Assembly (NCBI GenBank): GCA_015680685.1
Contig: MNCI01000751.1
Span: 292,262 to 356,261, forward strand
Length of the DNA stretch: 64,000 bases
Reading direction: 5' to 3'
Source: Gnetum montanum
Lineage: Eukaryota > Plantae > Gnetophyta
Positions 39,099-51,945 of the stretch are shown piece after piece (position 1 is the stretch's first letter; the number at the start of each line of letters is the position of its first letter). The notes under the pieces were generated by a model, which saw only the letters and a program-made list of their open reading frames with translations, ran no database searches and had not been told where the DNA came from. A program made the translations under genes and the position numbers.

Positions 39099-42000
39099 AT
39101 GGTGAAGAAGATGGGATCAACAAGCTAGAATCAAATATTAGATGATGCATAGGAGGTAGTACAAATCATATCTAGGTTTTTAGATCCTCTTGTAGGTGAA
39201 TGATGTTCATTAACAACTACCAAGTAACCATCTTCTACCATTTTTCCTATTTTTGGTTACATTTTGAGAAAGTTTTCTCATCTCTAGACTTGCTCCGATT
39301 AAACGTTTACCTTTTGTCTATGCCAAAGTCAAGGTTTAGGATGTATGATCATGATAGGAAAGAAATTTTGGTTTTAGAGAATCTTTTATTAGAGATTTGG
39401 ATCCTTTTCCCAAGCCTATTTATAGCATTTTGGCCTTAATTCTAGTTAACTTTGGTCAAACTTTAACATTTTTTCTAGCTTTCATATAATGTAAGTTTTG
39501 GCTTTTGATTACATGGAATTTTTGTCTAAGATCTTATGGCTGTACCATTTGTGGAATCAAAATTTTTGAATTTTTTTTGATATTTTTATGGGCTTTATCT
39601 TGACCTAGTACATAGTGTTTTAACTTATTTTTACAAAATTATGCAATTTTTCTATTGAAAAACTAACAGCATTTTCAATTTCTTGATGACATATGGTCAA
39701 TGTCTAGGGTTCCTAGGGATTTCTAGTGTAGTGTTTAGGGGTCCTAGATAAAGTATAAATTTTTATAATTTTTCATGAATTTTTCCTAGGGATTTTACTA
39801 TAGTCATTTTGTTGTAAATTGGTGTTTCTTGATGAAAATTCTACACAATTTTGGGCTAAAGTTTGAATTTCTTAGACTTTTTGGTGTAGTGTTGGTGCTT
39901 CATTTGTATTTTTTTGCATATGTTCTCCTCATATAGAGTTCAAAATAGTTTTTGAGCAATTTTAAGCTTTTTCATTGTCCTAGGAGCTATACTAGTTGAT
40001 TGTAGTTTTGATGCAAAGTTGTAGGCTTCTTTGGCCAATACTAACAATGTTGGACATTTTAGGCTTGGGTTTTGGCTATTATGAAATTTATTTCCTAGTT
40101 TTATGGTTAGCATACGACATTTTCTAGTTGGGATAACATATGAGAGGTTTTGGGATTTTTTAATAAGGTATCATGATAGCGTGTGGCCTTTAAAGTCCAA
40201 GAAAACTTATGTTTCTCATCATCATTTTCTCTGCATTCTTAAAATTCCTAGCATATGGATCTTACTTGGATAGTATTACCACTTTTCTTGAAAATTTTCA
40301 CACATCAAACTCCAATGCTGTTAATTTTGGCTCTCTAATTTTGTTAAAACTTGGTTTCACATCAACTATTTGTGATAATGCTTGCTTTTTCACCTTACAT
40401 GTAAACTATTCATTGAAATGTCAAACTATTTTGTTCATATATTAAATATTTTTCATGATGTCAAAAAGATTAAATCTTGGTTCATGTTGGAGTTGGAGTT
40501 ATATTAATGAAGTTGGCTATTATCTTGTAATTTTTGGTTTAGTACCAATGCTATCATTGTAGAGGTTATTTTTGCTTTAATTTTGTCAATTTTTTAAGGC
40601 TCTTATGGATTCTTATGGATATGGTTCTATGGCTTGGCTATGTATAGGGCTTTTTTGAAAGCCATCTTGATTGTTGTGAAGTTGGTGAAAACTCTATGTT
40701 GCACAAGGATGGGTACCCAAAATAGCCTAAACTCCAATATGATCATTGACGAATGCACCTTAATATGACTTAGACCTAGCACAAGAAAATTCTTAATATA
40801 CTTGCTCAAAAACTATGGTGTGATTATGTGGTCATACTTGGTGATAGATGTTGCCTCCATCAGTACAAAGACCCTCATGGTAGGGCCTTTTACGCATATC
40901 TTGTAGTTCATAGTGGATGATCCTAATACTTAGAGAAATATAGAGCATAATGGGAGCTTTTATTTAGTAGGAGTTAGACAATTATCCCAAATTTTGGAAA
41001 TTCCTATGTATTCATAGTATAACATTGAAAATACCTTAATGATAAGGCATAGAATAAACACACTTCCAAAATCCTCTAGAATATTTCTACCCACTAGAAC
41101 CATAAGTTTAGTTCTAAATTATCATGTTTGTTCATTTTTGGATTTAAGGTTGTTTGGTTCTAACTATTTTCATGCTTCACTTTTGTAGGTATAGGATACA
41201 TCCTAGGAGATTGGTGAGAAATGGCCAAACCTTATTTGTGACTTGCACATCCTTGGAAGAATTCATGGAAGATGAGCTCATGAGAGTGTAGGTTCTTGAT
41301 CAACTCAAAGATGAGTTTGCTAGATACTATACATAGTATTATCATGTATATCAAACAAGTTTAGCTACTAATCATGCACATAAATGATGGACCCATGGAG
41401 AGTTAGGAGCACATGTACTAGCTCATCCTAAATCTCAAGCCTTGCCTAAGCTTGGTAAGTGAAAATTGTCTAAGCATGGTCAATATTTTTAGTATTTTTG
41501 GTTTTCTAGTTTTTGAGTCTTTTAGAGTCTTTTATGGTTTTGGGTTGTCTATGGTATAAGATACTAATGGACTACCCATGTTGTGTTGTAGATTTTATGC
41601 ATGAGTCCATTTTCACTGTGATTTTTTCAAGTTGTGTTAAGGTGAATATTCAGATCAAGTGGGATGAGGTAAAATCATCATAGGAATGATTGGCAAAAAA
41701 GGCTCATATGGTTATCCAACAAAGGATTATGAATGTAGGTTTTTTTAACTTATTCATGCTACCTAGTCCATTGATATTAGTGGTTGAGATGTTAAATGTG
41801 GTTGATGCTTTTGATGAGGAGATCACCAAATTTATCATCCATGTTCTAGTGATATCAAGGTAGATGTTAGAGTAGGGAAAGATGCAAGCCATAGAGAGGA
41901 AATGTAGGCTTAGCTTAACTCCTCTATTGGTGGCACATTATCTTTGAGTAAGCATAGAGTTGAGAAAGACAATGAGACTTAACCTCCTTTTCCATTCTAG

Positions 42001-43763
42001 AGTGCTTCCCATGGTACTATCATAGAAGAAAGCCATATCGATTAAACAAGCTTGAACAATGAAAAATATATTAATTGATGGCACTAGGTTTGATTGGGAT
42101 ACCTTCTTGGTCACTAGTCTATAGGGTGATATTTGAAAACCTTGTAACAACCTTGATTCCATATGCTATGTGCATTTCACATTCTTTGATACATATCTAA
42201 TATGGTTCATGGAGTTCTTGGTGGTTACGAGGAGTGGAAAGTGGATGGATTATGATGCCTTTCAAATTTTCAAACCTTGGATCCACCACATTATTCCAAT
42301 GATGCATGATCAAGACCCACCTATGAAGGAGATTGAAGAGTCACTATTAGTTACAATAAATAAATTTGATTGTGTACATTATTGTTCCCTTGATATCATG
42401 AGGATAGTACCCTATGCTACACATGACAATGAAAGAAGTATCAAAAGGATATGCATAGAAGTTGATGGCACAACTAGGAAAAGATGAATAGGCCACAAGT
42501 TGAAGAAACTATTTTTATTTTTGGATAGCCATCAAGTTTAGCAAGGTCAATTAGAATTATGAAGGTATGTACATATTTTTTTATATTTTCATTTTTAGTT
42601 TTAGTTTTTTTTTCTTTGGTTCTATTTTTGGCTATATTTTTGTTGCTAAAAAATGTGTATTGAGTTGTTCTATTTTTGGCTTTCTTTGGTTGTAGAAAAG
42701 AAATAAGAGTTGGTTGCCCAAGTTGTTAGTTAGGATGAGCAATGATTGAAGGAAGAAGAGGAAAGGACATTACAAGAAGTACTAGCTGTTTTGGATTTCA
42801 TCCTAGGTGATTTTTCTATAAAAGAAAACCCTCCAATGGACTTGCCTCAAGATTTTCTTGTTAAGATCTTGGAGTTTACATTTCTATTTCAAATATTATA
42901 TTTTTTTGCAAGATATATTTATGGTTATGGTCATTGGAGTACATGAGCCTCCTCAACAAGCATCTACATCTACATTCCATCCAAAGCCTTGGGTGGAGGC
43001 CCCAAACAAGTTGGAATTCATGCAAGGAATGCTAGATGACATGATTGATAGGTTATAGCATATAACTTCTAATGTTGGTAAGAAAACTTAGAATATTTTT
43101 TATTTTTCATTTTTGTTTTTATGTTTCATGGTTACATGATTTTTAGTGGTCTTTAAATGTTTTGATTGTTTTTTCTTTTCTTGTACTTTTGCCTATTACA
43201 ATGTCCAAAGTTAGATGTGATTCTATGCATGACATTGATGTTCATGATCTTCCTAAGCTACTGCTTGATGTGGAAAATGTTCCACGAGGGTTGTATAAAG
43301 GGGCTACCAAATGTGCTATGTCTTGTATAAAGAAATCTTGGGAGACCCAATGCTCTAATGAGTTTATGTGAGAGAGGGTTGCGGCCTTGGAAAAGCAGGT
43401 TAAGAAGTCATCAAATGAGAATAAGAACCTTAGAAATTGCAAAGAGTTTATAGAGGCTCATGTAGCCAATAGAGACCCTTTGCATCCTAAGGAAATGAAG
43501 TGGTCATGCTCTTGGAGTGCCATCTAGAGTAAGGTTACTCTAGCCAAGAGAAAAATTAAGGACATGAAAATGAAGTTGTTGATTTGTAAGTCCAAGGATT
43601 AGAGGAATTATTATGCTTGGGTGATTAGGCAAGAAAAGATACAAAAGGCTAACAAGAAATAATACAAGGTAGAAAAATATAGCTACTTGAAATTAGGGCA
43701 TGAGGAGGTCATAGAGCCATGAAAACATTAGCTATTTATGTAGGGAATAGATGTAGAGGCTAT
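39099..43763 (+). pseudogene. Antisense multi-exon accessory gene of A2 (same gene as 4011-8982), 3'-truncated
   Basis: Approximate exons: 39099-39222 (tentative), 40648-41105, 41189-41454, 41592-42564, 42696-42860, 42940-43077, 43202-43763. Donors gtaagt (41455), gtatgt (42565), gtaaga (43078). Acceptors gtatag, ttgtag. The FCP1-like exon reads ILIVVKLVKTL..(W)LRPSTRKFLIYLLKNYGVIMWS..QLSQIL..YNIENTLMI. Confidence 0.75.
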
Positions 43764-44518
43764 AAATCATGTTTTTTAAAGCCTAAGAAATTAATACGGC
43801 TACTACGATCTAGTGTAGATTGTAGGGTGTGTTCTGCATAGATTCTACACTAGTTTCCCAACTTGAACTACACTGCAATAAATTTTTGCTTTAGAGTCTA
43901 TGCTCAGAATTCAGCATTGCCAAAGCTACAAAAAGGTTGCAAAAATCTAGTACAATACTTTGCTATTTCCTGCTAATTGATCTACAAGGAGTTTGCTCAA
44001 AAAAAAATGATGTGTTAAGTTTGGTATTTGTAGGCTATGGATTTGTTGTGCTAGCATCTTTTACAATTTCACAGACTCATTAGAGCATTACATGATATTC
44101 TTGAACCAGAGTACAACATGTGGGTTTAAAACCCAAGTGGGACACACTACCCCACATGCTACCACAACATGTGGGACTGAGATGTTTAGCATATGAATTT
44201 AAAATAAAATTTCCACATGCTGCCACAATGTGTGGGGTTGAGATGTGTGGCATGTAAGACAAAAAGGTTAACTTTTACAATGTATGGAGCATTTTTAGCC
44301 TTCACACATTGGGATAAATAGAATTTGTAGCATGTAGGCTGAAAATATTATTTTTTACATTGAAAATTTCTCAAAATTCTACCAACACAAGCCCACATGG
44401 TGGGATATTATATGCAAAAACAAGGTAATTATTTCAAACTTCAAATCTCCACCAAATTATAATGAAAATTTTGGCTATGGACTTTCATTTGCAACATGAT
44501 TTTTCCTTGAGGTGTTTC
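43764..44518 (-). mobile_element. Fragment A3: third copy of the family A 3' promoter/leader module
   Basis: Direct alignment to 18468-19240 over its whole length. Confidence 0.85.
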
Positions 44519-44807
44519 GACCATTAGCTTCATCAAGGTAGATAAAAGAATGAATGATCTCTTCCCATTCTCCTTATTCTAGTAATCGTTAGTAATAATA
44601 GTATATTTTATATCAACATGATTAATTGTTATAAATAAGAAGGTAGATGCATCTTGATGGATGATGTCACTTCTACACATTAGTGTTCATCTTGGCTAAC
44701 CAATTGATTAGTTAAAGATTTGAAAGTAAAAAATAAGAATTCAAATGAGGTCCTATTTCTATTAAAATATTCTTCATTTTTTTTATTCTTATGTTAGTAT
44801 TACCTAT

Positions 44808-45680
44808 TAATAAAACATTAATAAGATGACTGCATTGATGTAGGCCTATTGCCATATACCCATCTATGTATCCCTTTTGACATATCTTAGGATGCATTGA
44901 CATAGGTACATTAACACTAACATAGGTGTTCCCTATATAAAATTATCATGTCCCTCGCATTTATGGTAGATTTTGGTCATTCCCTAAGAAAAACTCTTGT
45001 AGTTTCTTCTTGTAGAAGGTAGAACAATTTTTCCCCTGAGTACCCACAACATGGATTAAAGTGATTTTATGGCATTTTATGTGAGTGCATGTGTACCTAG
45101 ACACATTTGCATGAACAAAAATAAAATCAATATTTCTTCTATAAATTGTAGCACTTGGATTAACATAACTTCACTTTCCAATAATTTAATTTCTTACTAT
45201 TAAGAAATTAATATTATCATTTATAAGAAATGTGATTATGATCACTTCGAGCATAATATATTAATGCTCAATAATCCTAGTAATGAATACTTGATACATT
45301 GAGTAGTAAACACTTGGTAACCCAACATCATTAGTATATATTCAGGATGTGTATAGAAAGTGGGAATGGATACATCATGTTTAGGCTAGTTAGTTAATTA
45401 AGTAGTTAATTTAAATATTAAATCTTTATTTGCTTAACCATTTTAAAAATAAGGAAAATAATAAAAAGTATAAAATGAAATATCTTACTCCTCAATCACA
45501 CTTAACCATACACACAGATTAACAGAAGTGTTGATTGGAAACACAATGACTAATGATTCCATATTTCACTATCTAGGAATATCGACTGCTTACATGAATA
45601 AGGTTCATGGAATTTGAGTGGATCATGTGTACATACTAGTGATTCATATGTTGGATGTAGGGAATACCTGTTGCTCATCA
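44808..45680 (+). repeat. 5' LTR of B2
   Basis: Aligns to 56873-57680, ends gctcatca and is followed by the PBS. Confidence 0.88.
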
Positions 45681-45696
45681 TTGGTGCCATTGCTAA
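45681..45696 (+). promoter_or_regulatory. tRNA-Asp PBS of B2 (CpG-decayed)
   Basis: ttggtgccattgct equals TGGCGCCGTTGCC with C>T/G>A changes at CpG sites. This is the Athila-type primer. Confidence 0.7.
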
Positions 45697-45889
45697 CAAT
45701 GCTACTTTAGCTAAATGTGCTAAGTATTAGTAGACAGTAAAATCATACAAATTTTTTATAAGGAGGAAATAATGTATTATCTTTTAGAAAATAATAATAA
45801 TATTTTATTAGTGCGCACTTTATTAAAATAAATAAGATGACTTATTCTCATAGGAATGATTTGCCACCACTTATCAATGACTCCAAAGA

Positions 45890-48800
45890 GTAGCATGATA
45901 GATCCAAAAGAACTACCAATGAGAAACCTCAACAGCTAAAAGTAGTCTATTAAGATTCAGATCACTACTACCTAGAAATTACTTTCATCCTTCATAAGGA
46001 AAAATAGCTACTCTTGAAGGGTTTGAAGGATAACATTTTGTTACCTCCTAATTGTTCTATTCCCTTAATGCTCATGGAAAATCTCATGAAATTAGGGCTT
46101 GAATCAGCAAGCCTAGATTATGAGGTAATAGATCATCTCTCTAGAGACTATCAACCAACAAACTCATAACTTAGAAAAGATAAACAAATGGAGGTGTGCT
46201 ATAAAGCTTTCAATGGCAAAAAGGTCATGATATCATTGTTTCTACAAAGACATAAGGATGACCCTTATTTTCTATAAGGTAATCTCAACATTGAGATCCT
46301 ATTTTCAATGAGGAAGACATACTTCACCAATAGTTACATTCAATCTTGGGGAATAACAAGGATGAGGAAAGAATAGTGTCTAAACCCAAGAGAACCTCAA
46401 GGTAAAGGTCTCCAAATCATTCATCAAAAGAAAAAGAACTAAAAAACTAAAGGAGAAGCACCAGCAGGAATCACTCTCCTTGCCCTCCACCTTCATCATC
46501 CTCCTTATTGTTAAAAATTAATAAGAGGGATTGTGATAGAGATCGAAGGATAAATAATCAGAGAAAAGATGGAGATGATCAAAGATTTCATTGTCGTGAT
46601 GAAAAAAGGAAGCATAGTCAACTGCATGTAGAAGGGGAGCATCATTAGGAATGAAGGCATAGCAGGTTACATCATAGGAGACATGACCATGAATATAATA
46701 ACTATAATGAACCATAGCTAACTAAATGAAGTATGGTTAATATTTTAAAAGCAGTTTGAATCCTAACCACATATTAAAGGAATAGTAGAATCAAATGGCT
46801 TGAAATAAATAATATTCCTAAATTTAAAGGAGAATATAATGTTGACAGAAAACATCATTTATAGGTCTTTCACGATTCCTGTGCCTTGTAGAATATTGAG
46901 AATGAGTGGTAGAAACTCAAAGTGTTCCCAAGGATACTCATCAAAGATGCTAAATGTTGGTACCAGTCCTTGGAACTTGAATATATTTGTAGATGGAGTA
47001 TGATGTTGAAGTTATTTAATGATAAGTATCAAATGTACTTGAGGGTATCCAACTTGAGGAAGTAAATTTAAGGGTGTGAAAAAGGTAATCATGGATCCCT
47101 TAATGTAGTCTTGGATAGGTATTACTCTCTTTTGCATCACTACCTGGGTCATGGATTTGCTCAAAGGGAAAGCTTTGCCACATAATATATGGGATTTGAA
47201 AAAAAAATAGAATAACTCTTGTGGTTCATGCCTAAGGAAGATTGTCAAAAATGAGGGTTCATTGGATTCAATGGCTCATTGAATAAGTGAAAAATGAAGA
47301 AGGAGAACTGAAAAAATGAGAAAGTGTAGAGGAGTATAACAAAGATTCTTCCATTCATAAGAGGAAGATTTCCTTTTTGTGATTCTAAGAATGAAGTATC
47401 ACTAGATAAAGTGATACAAAGAGAAGCCTTACTAATTTAAAAATCTATCAAAATGATATCAGCTAAGGTAGATAAAATGTGGGACTCCTTGGATTAGAAG
47501 TTCCAAACTGCTCTAAAGATTATGGAGTAGAGAAGTCGAGATAGGGATAGAAGAAGAAAAAAGAATAAAGTAAGGGACTATTATAAGCAAAAAGGTAAGA
47601 CTACAATAGTGGATGAGGTTGTAGATTCTAGAATAGATGAAGAAGAATGTGATATATGCTAATATAAGCATCTCAATGGATGTTGTCCTATAGTTCATAC
47701 TTACAAGAATCTAGGATGTATGCTTTAAATTTGAAATTTATAAAAAGGAAACTAATTAGAAGATTAGCTTATCCACAAAGTAATTATCAGTATCAATTTC
47801 ATTAATCATAGTATTATCCAATTTGAGTACCACCTTAATCTCAAGATCACTATCAACAATGGTAGCATGTCTAGTCATGGGGGATGTCACCACTAAGAAA
47901 ATAGTATCCTTTTCATCAACCAGATTTATATAGTTATTATGTCCAACAATTTGTATATCCTCATGGATTTATAAACCACACTTCCTTCTTTCATTTTTAT
48001 TATCCCTTAGAATATCACCTACTCATTCCACTTTTCCTTCTCACTATCCATCATCTTACTCTGCACCTCCTAATACCACTCCCTTTCTACCTGTATTACC
48101 TATGCAAGATAAAATTCCACCACATCCCCAACAATGCAATGCAATAATGGTCATAAATTTATAGCCAAATAACGTGTCAGGTGGTTCTAAGCATAAGCCT
48201 CAAAGAAAGACCTTTCTTCAGACCCAATAGTCCATTGAAACCCTCATAGACATTTGTGGCTATCAATCCTTCTCCTACTAATTTATAAGTTATCAATGAG
48301 CCACCTTCAAACTAAAGATCCTAAAATGTTCATACTATTATGTTGACTCATGTAGTTATAGATTGGATCAAGGTAGGAAACCTTCCTAAGAAAATATGTG
48401 ATCTTGAAAGTCCCCTAATTTACTTAGAGATTATAGGAAATGATTCATGCAAAGATCTACTTGACTTAGGTTTTGGGGTAAACTTAATCTCTCAAGAAAT
48501 GTATAAGTCTTGGAACCTACCTCCACTAAAGAAATTTAGTATCAAATTATATCTTGTTAATCAATTCATCACTGTTCCTTTGGGATTGGTGAAAGTTATT
48601 GTGATCACTATATGTTTATGGTCCTATCCAGTAGATTTTCTAGTAATCCATGTGGATGTAAGGGGGACTTCCCTATTATCATTGGAAGGGTTTGGCTCAA
48701 CAGAATTGATGCCAAGATGAGGATTAGTGACATTTCCTTAGAAATTTCCAAGGAAAATAACTTTGGAAAAGTAGATAAGAAATGGATTCCATGCATTACA

Positions 48801-51800
48801 TATATTAACGCAAGGTGTCATTGTATGCAAAATATATAGGTTATGAAAAGCACATCTATGACAAGATGTAATAATTATGCTAAAACATCCAATGTTCAAA
48901 GGTTCCTGTATGCAACAACTACAAAATAGGAAGGTACCTAATGGCTAACAAACAATGCTAACTCTAATTTAATAGTATTTATGGAGCAAGTTGAGCTTCT
49001 CACAAGTACTTATATTAAGAAGATGGATGAAATAGAACAAATTCACAACCAAATATTTCATAAAGAGGTATAAGTAGATTGGGGGGAGTTGAAAATCCCT
49101 TAGGACTTCAAACATGAATCACTTGAATTAAATTCTTTGCTAACAACTCTAAAGTATGTATTTCTTGATAATAGTAAGCCAATAATAATCAATACAAGTC
49201 TCACTAAAAGACAAAAAGAAAAGCTTATAAAAGTTATGAAGAAATGGCTAACAAATTTTGGCTAGTCATATGATGAATTGACTAGAATAGATCCATGTAT
49301 ATGCCATCATTGGATCTATAAAGACTCCATCATCAAAACAAAGAAGTAGCTATACAGAAGGTTGAATCCCAAGATGAATTAGGTTATCAATGATGAAGTT
49401 GAAAAAGTTCTTAAAGTAAGATTCATCTATCCTGTGGTAGACATTAAGTGGGTAAGTCCACTTCTTATTATTCTAGAGAAAGAAGGATAATTGAAGATCT
49501 ATATAGACTTCTAGCTATTGAATATGGTAACATTCATATATCAATTTCCATTTTCATTTTTAGACCAAGTGTTGGATATTATCATGGGACACCATTACTA
49601 CAATTTTTTGGATGGATATAGTGGCTATAGCCAAATTCATATAACACCAAAAGACTAAGCCAAGATAACTTTTACTAGTCCATGGGAAACTTTTTCCTAT
49701 AAAAAGATGTCCTTTGGTCTTTGTAATGCTCCTAAAACTTTTCATTGGTTAGTCAAAAGCATCTTTTAGTAGTAAAGTAGTAGTGGTATTGAGGTCTTCA
49801 TGGATGACTTCTCCACATGTGGTACTAATTTTGAACAAGCATTGGATCATCTTGAGAAGGTATTAAAATACTATGTGGAAAAAAATCTATAGCTCAACTA
49901 GTAAAAGAGTCACTTGATGATCAAAAATGACATTTGATTAGAGCATAAAGTTTTAGAAAAAGGAATAGAGGTGGTCCCTGAAAAAGTAAGGATCATCTAA
50001 GGAATAACTAGACAACCTCAAACAATCAAATATGTGAGGTCATTCCTTGGCCATATTGGTTACTATAGGTGCTTCATTAAAAATTTCTCTAAAAATTCAA
50101 AACTACTAGTATAAATCATAAAGAAAGATGTAGTCTTTAAATGAACCAATGTATGTAAATAAGTATTCCAACACTTAAAACATAAGCTCATAGAAACTCT
50201 AATTCTATGCATCCTAGGTTAGTCTAAGTCATTTCATATCATGACAGATGCATCTAACTATGTTTTAGGAGTGGTGCTTACACAAATGGATGATCAAAAA
50301 CATTCATATTACATCCATTATATAAGCAGGAGCATTGTGGGTATACAACTCAACTACACCATCACTGAAAAGGACTCATGGAAATGGTGTATGCCTTGGA
50401 GAAATTTAGGCACTATGTGCTTGAATGCCTAATTTTTATGCACACAAATCATAGTACAATCTAGTTCCTAATGAATAAACTAGTAGTAAGTCCTTATGTT
50501 ATATGATGGTTGGTAATTTTACAGGAACTTGATCTTACCATGATGGACAAAAAATGGGCCAAGAATGTAGTTGCTAATCATTTGTCTTGGTAAAGATGGA
50601 ATAGCAATGAGGATGAACAACTTTTATCTGATCAATTTCTATATGAAGTCCTCTTTTCTAAGGTAATTAAAGTTCAAGCACTAAAATCACGAATTGGTAT
50701 GATGAATTCCTCTCATATCTATTTACATAGGAGATTCCCATTAAATGTCATAAAAAGTAGAAATGATGATTTATATGGAAATTAAAGGAAGCCTCTACAA
50801 GATTTATGCTAATGACATGGTATGATGGTGTGTACCTAATGCAGATTAGTTATGAGTCCTTCAAGTGGCTTATGAAGGTATGTACCATTATATAGGTAGA
50901 AGGATAGCAAAAAATATCCTCATGATAGGATACTTTTGTCTAACCATATTAAGGGATGCTTTCCATTTCTCACATTTGTTTGAGAGATGTTAGCGTGATG
51001 GAGGAATGATCAACAGAATGGAAGAGTTCCATCAATGTATGTAATCACTGGAGCCTTTCGACCATTGGGGTATCAACTTTATGGGACCCATCACTCCTAT
51101 GTTCAATGGGAAGGCCTACATCATAGTTTTTGTTAATTACTCTACTAATTAACCTAAAGCTACAATTGTATCTAACTATATATTTACCACAGTAGCTCGA
51201 TTTGTTCAAGAATAGGCAATAAATAGGTTTGGTATGCCTGGAACACTAATTTTGGATAATAGAACATATTTCATAGGGTCTAATTTTTGTAAATTAATGC
51301 AATGATTGAAAATGCAACATAAACTTATAACCCCATATCACCCCCAAGCTAATGGTTAAGCTGAGATTACCAATAGGGAGATCACAAGAATCTTAATGAT
51401 GCTCTTTCAGTATATTGCTCAACCTAAAAACTTCCTATAGGCTACTCTTCCTATGAGTTAGTATATGGAAATTTACCTAATCTTCCAACTCAAGCTAAAC
51501 TCCATATACTTATAACTGCCTATGAACTTGACCTATACATTAATCTAGCATAAAAAGAATGTCTTATGATACTCAATGTGCTAGATAATAATAGACAAGC
51601 AGTCCTAATAATGAATGAAGTGAACAAGACACACAATAAATAATGTCACAATGCATGTACAAGGATAGTTACATTCCAACCCAAAGATAAGATTCTTTAT
51701 TATAATCCCTTGCATGTACCACAATGAACTAAGTTTCAAACATTGTGGGAAGGACCTTACATTATTCAATCAAATTTTTCTTCTAGGGCTATGATAATTT

Positions 51801-51945
51801 ACAACCCAACAATCCCTCATAAGCACATATTAGTCAATTTCTAGCAACTCAAACCATTTATGGAATCCCAAATAACCAATAGCAACATTAACACCTCTCA
51901 TCAAGAACAAGCACCCTATGGGGAAGATATCCATCAACCATGAAT
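45890..51945 (+). pseudogene. B2 gag-pol (gag ~46790-47300, PR ~48370-48800, RT/RH ~49290-50590, IN ~50690-51945)
   Basis: Motifs: NIPKFKG, DLLDLGFGVNLI, FPIIIGRVWL, FMDDFS, MTDASNYVLGVVL, ITPYHPQANG, LWEGPYII. Confidence 0.9.

Larger units (their letters stand above)
17974..43763 (-). mobile_element. Tat-lineage Ty3/gypsy element A2 (17974-24196 and 37082-43763), split by insertion of B1
   Basis: In element sense: antisense spliced gene (43763-39100), motif array (38730-37435), AT-rich leader with decamer repeats on both sides of B1, RT-RH-aRH-IN (23626-20935) and a 3' region that is the reverse complement of A1 10000-12500. Confidence 0.75.
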
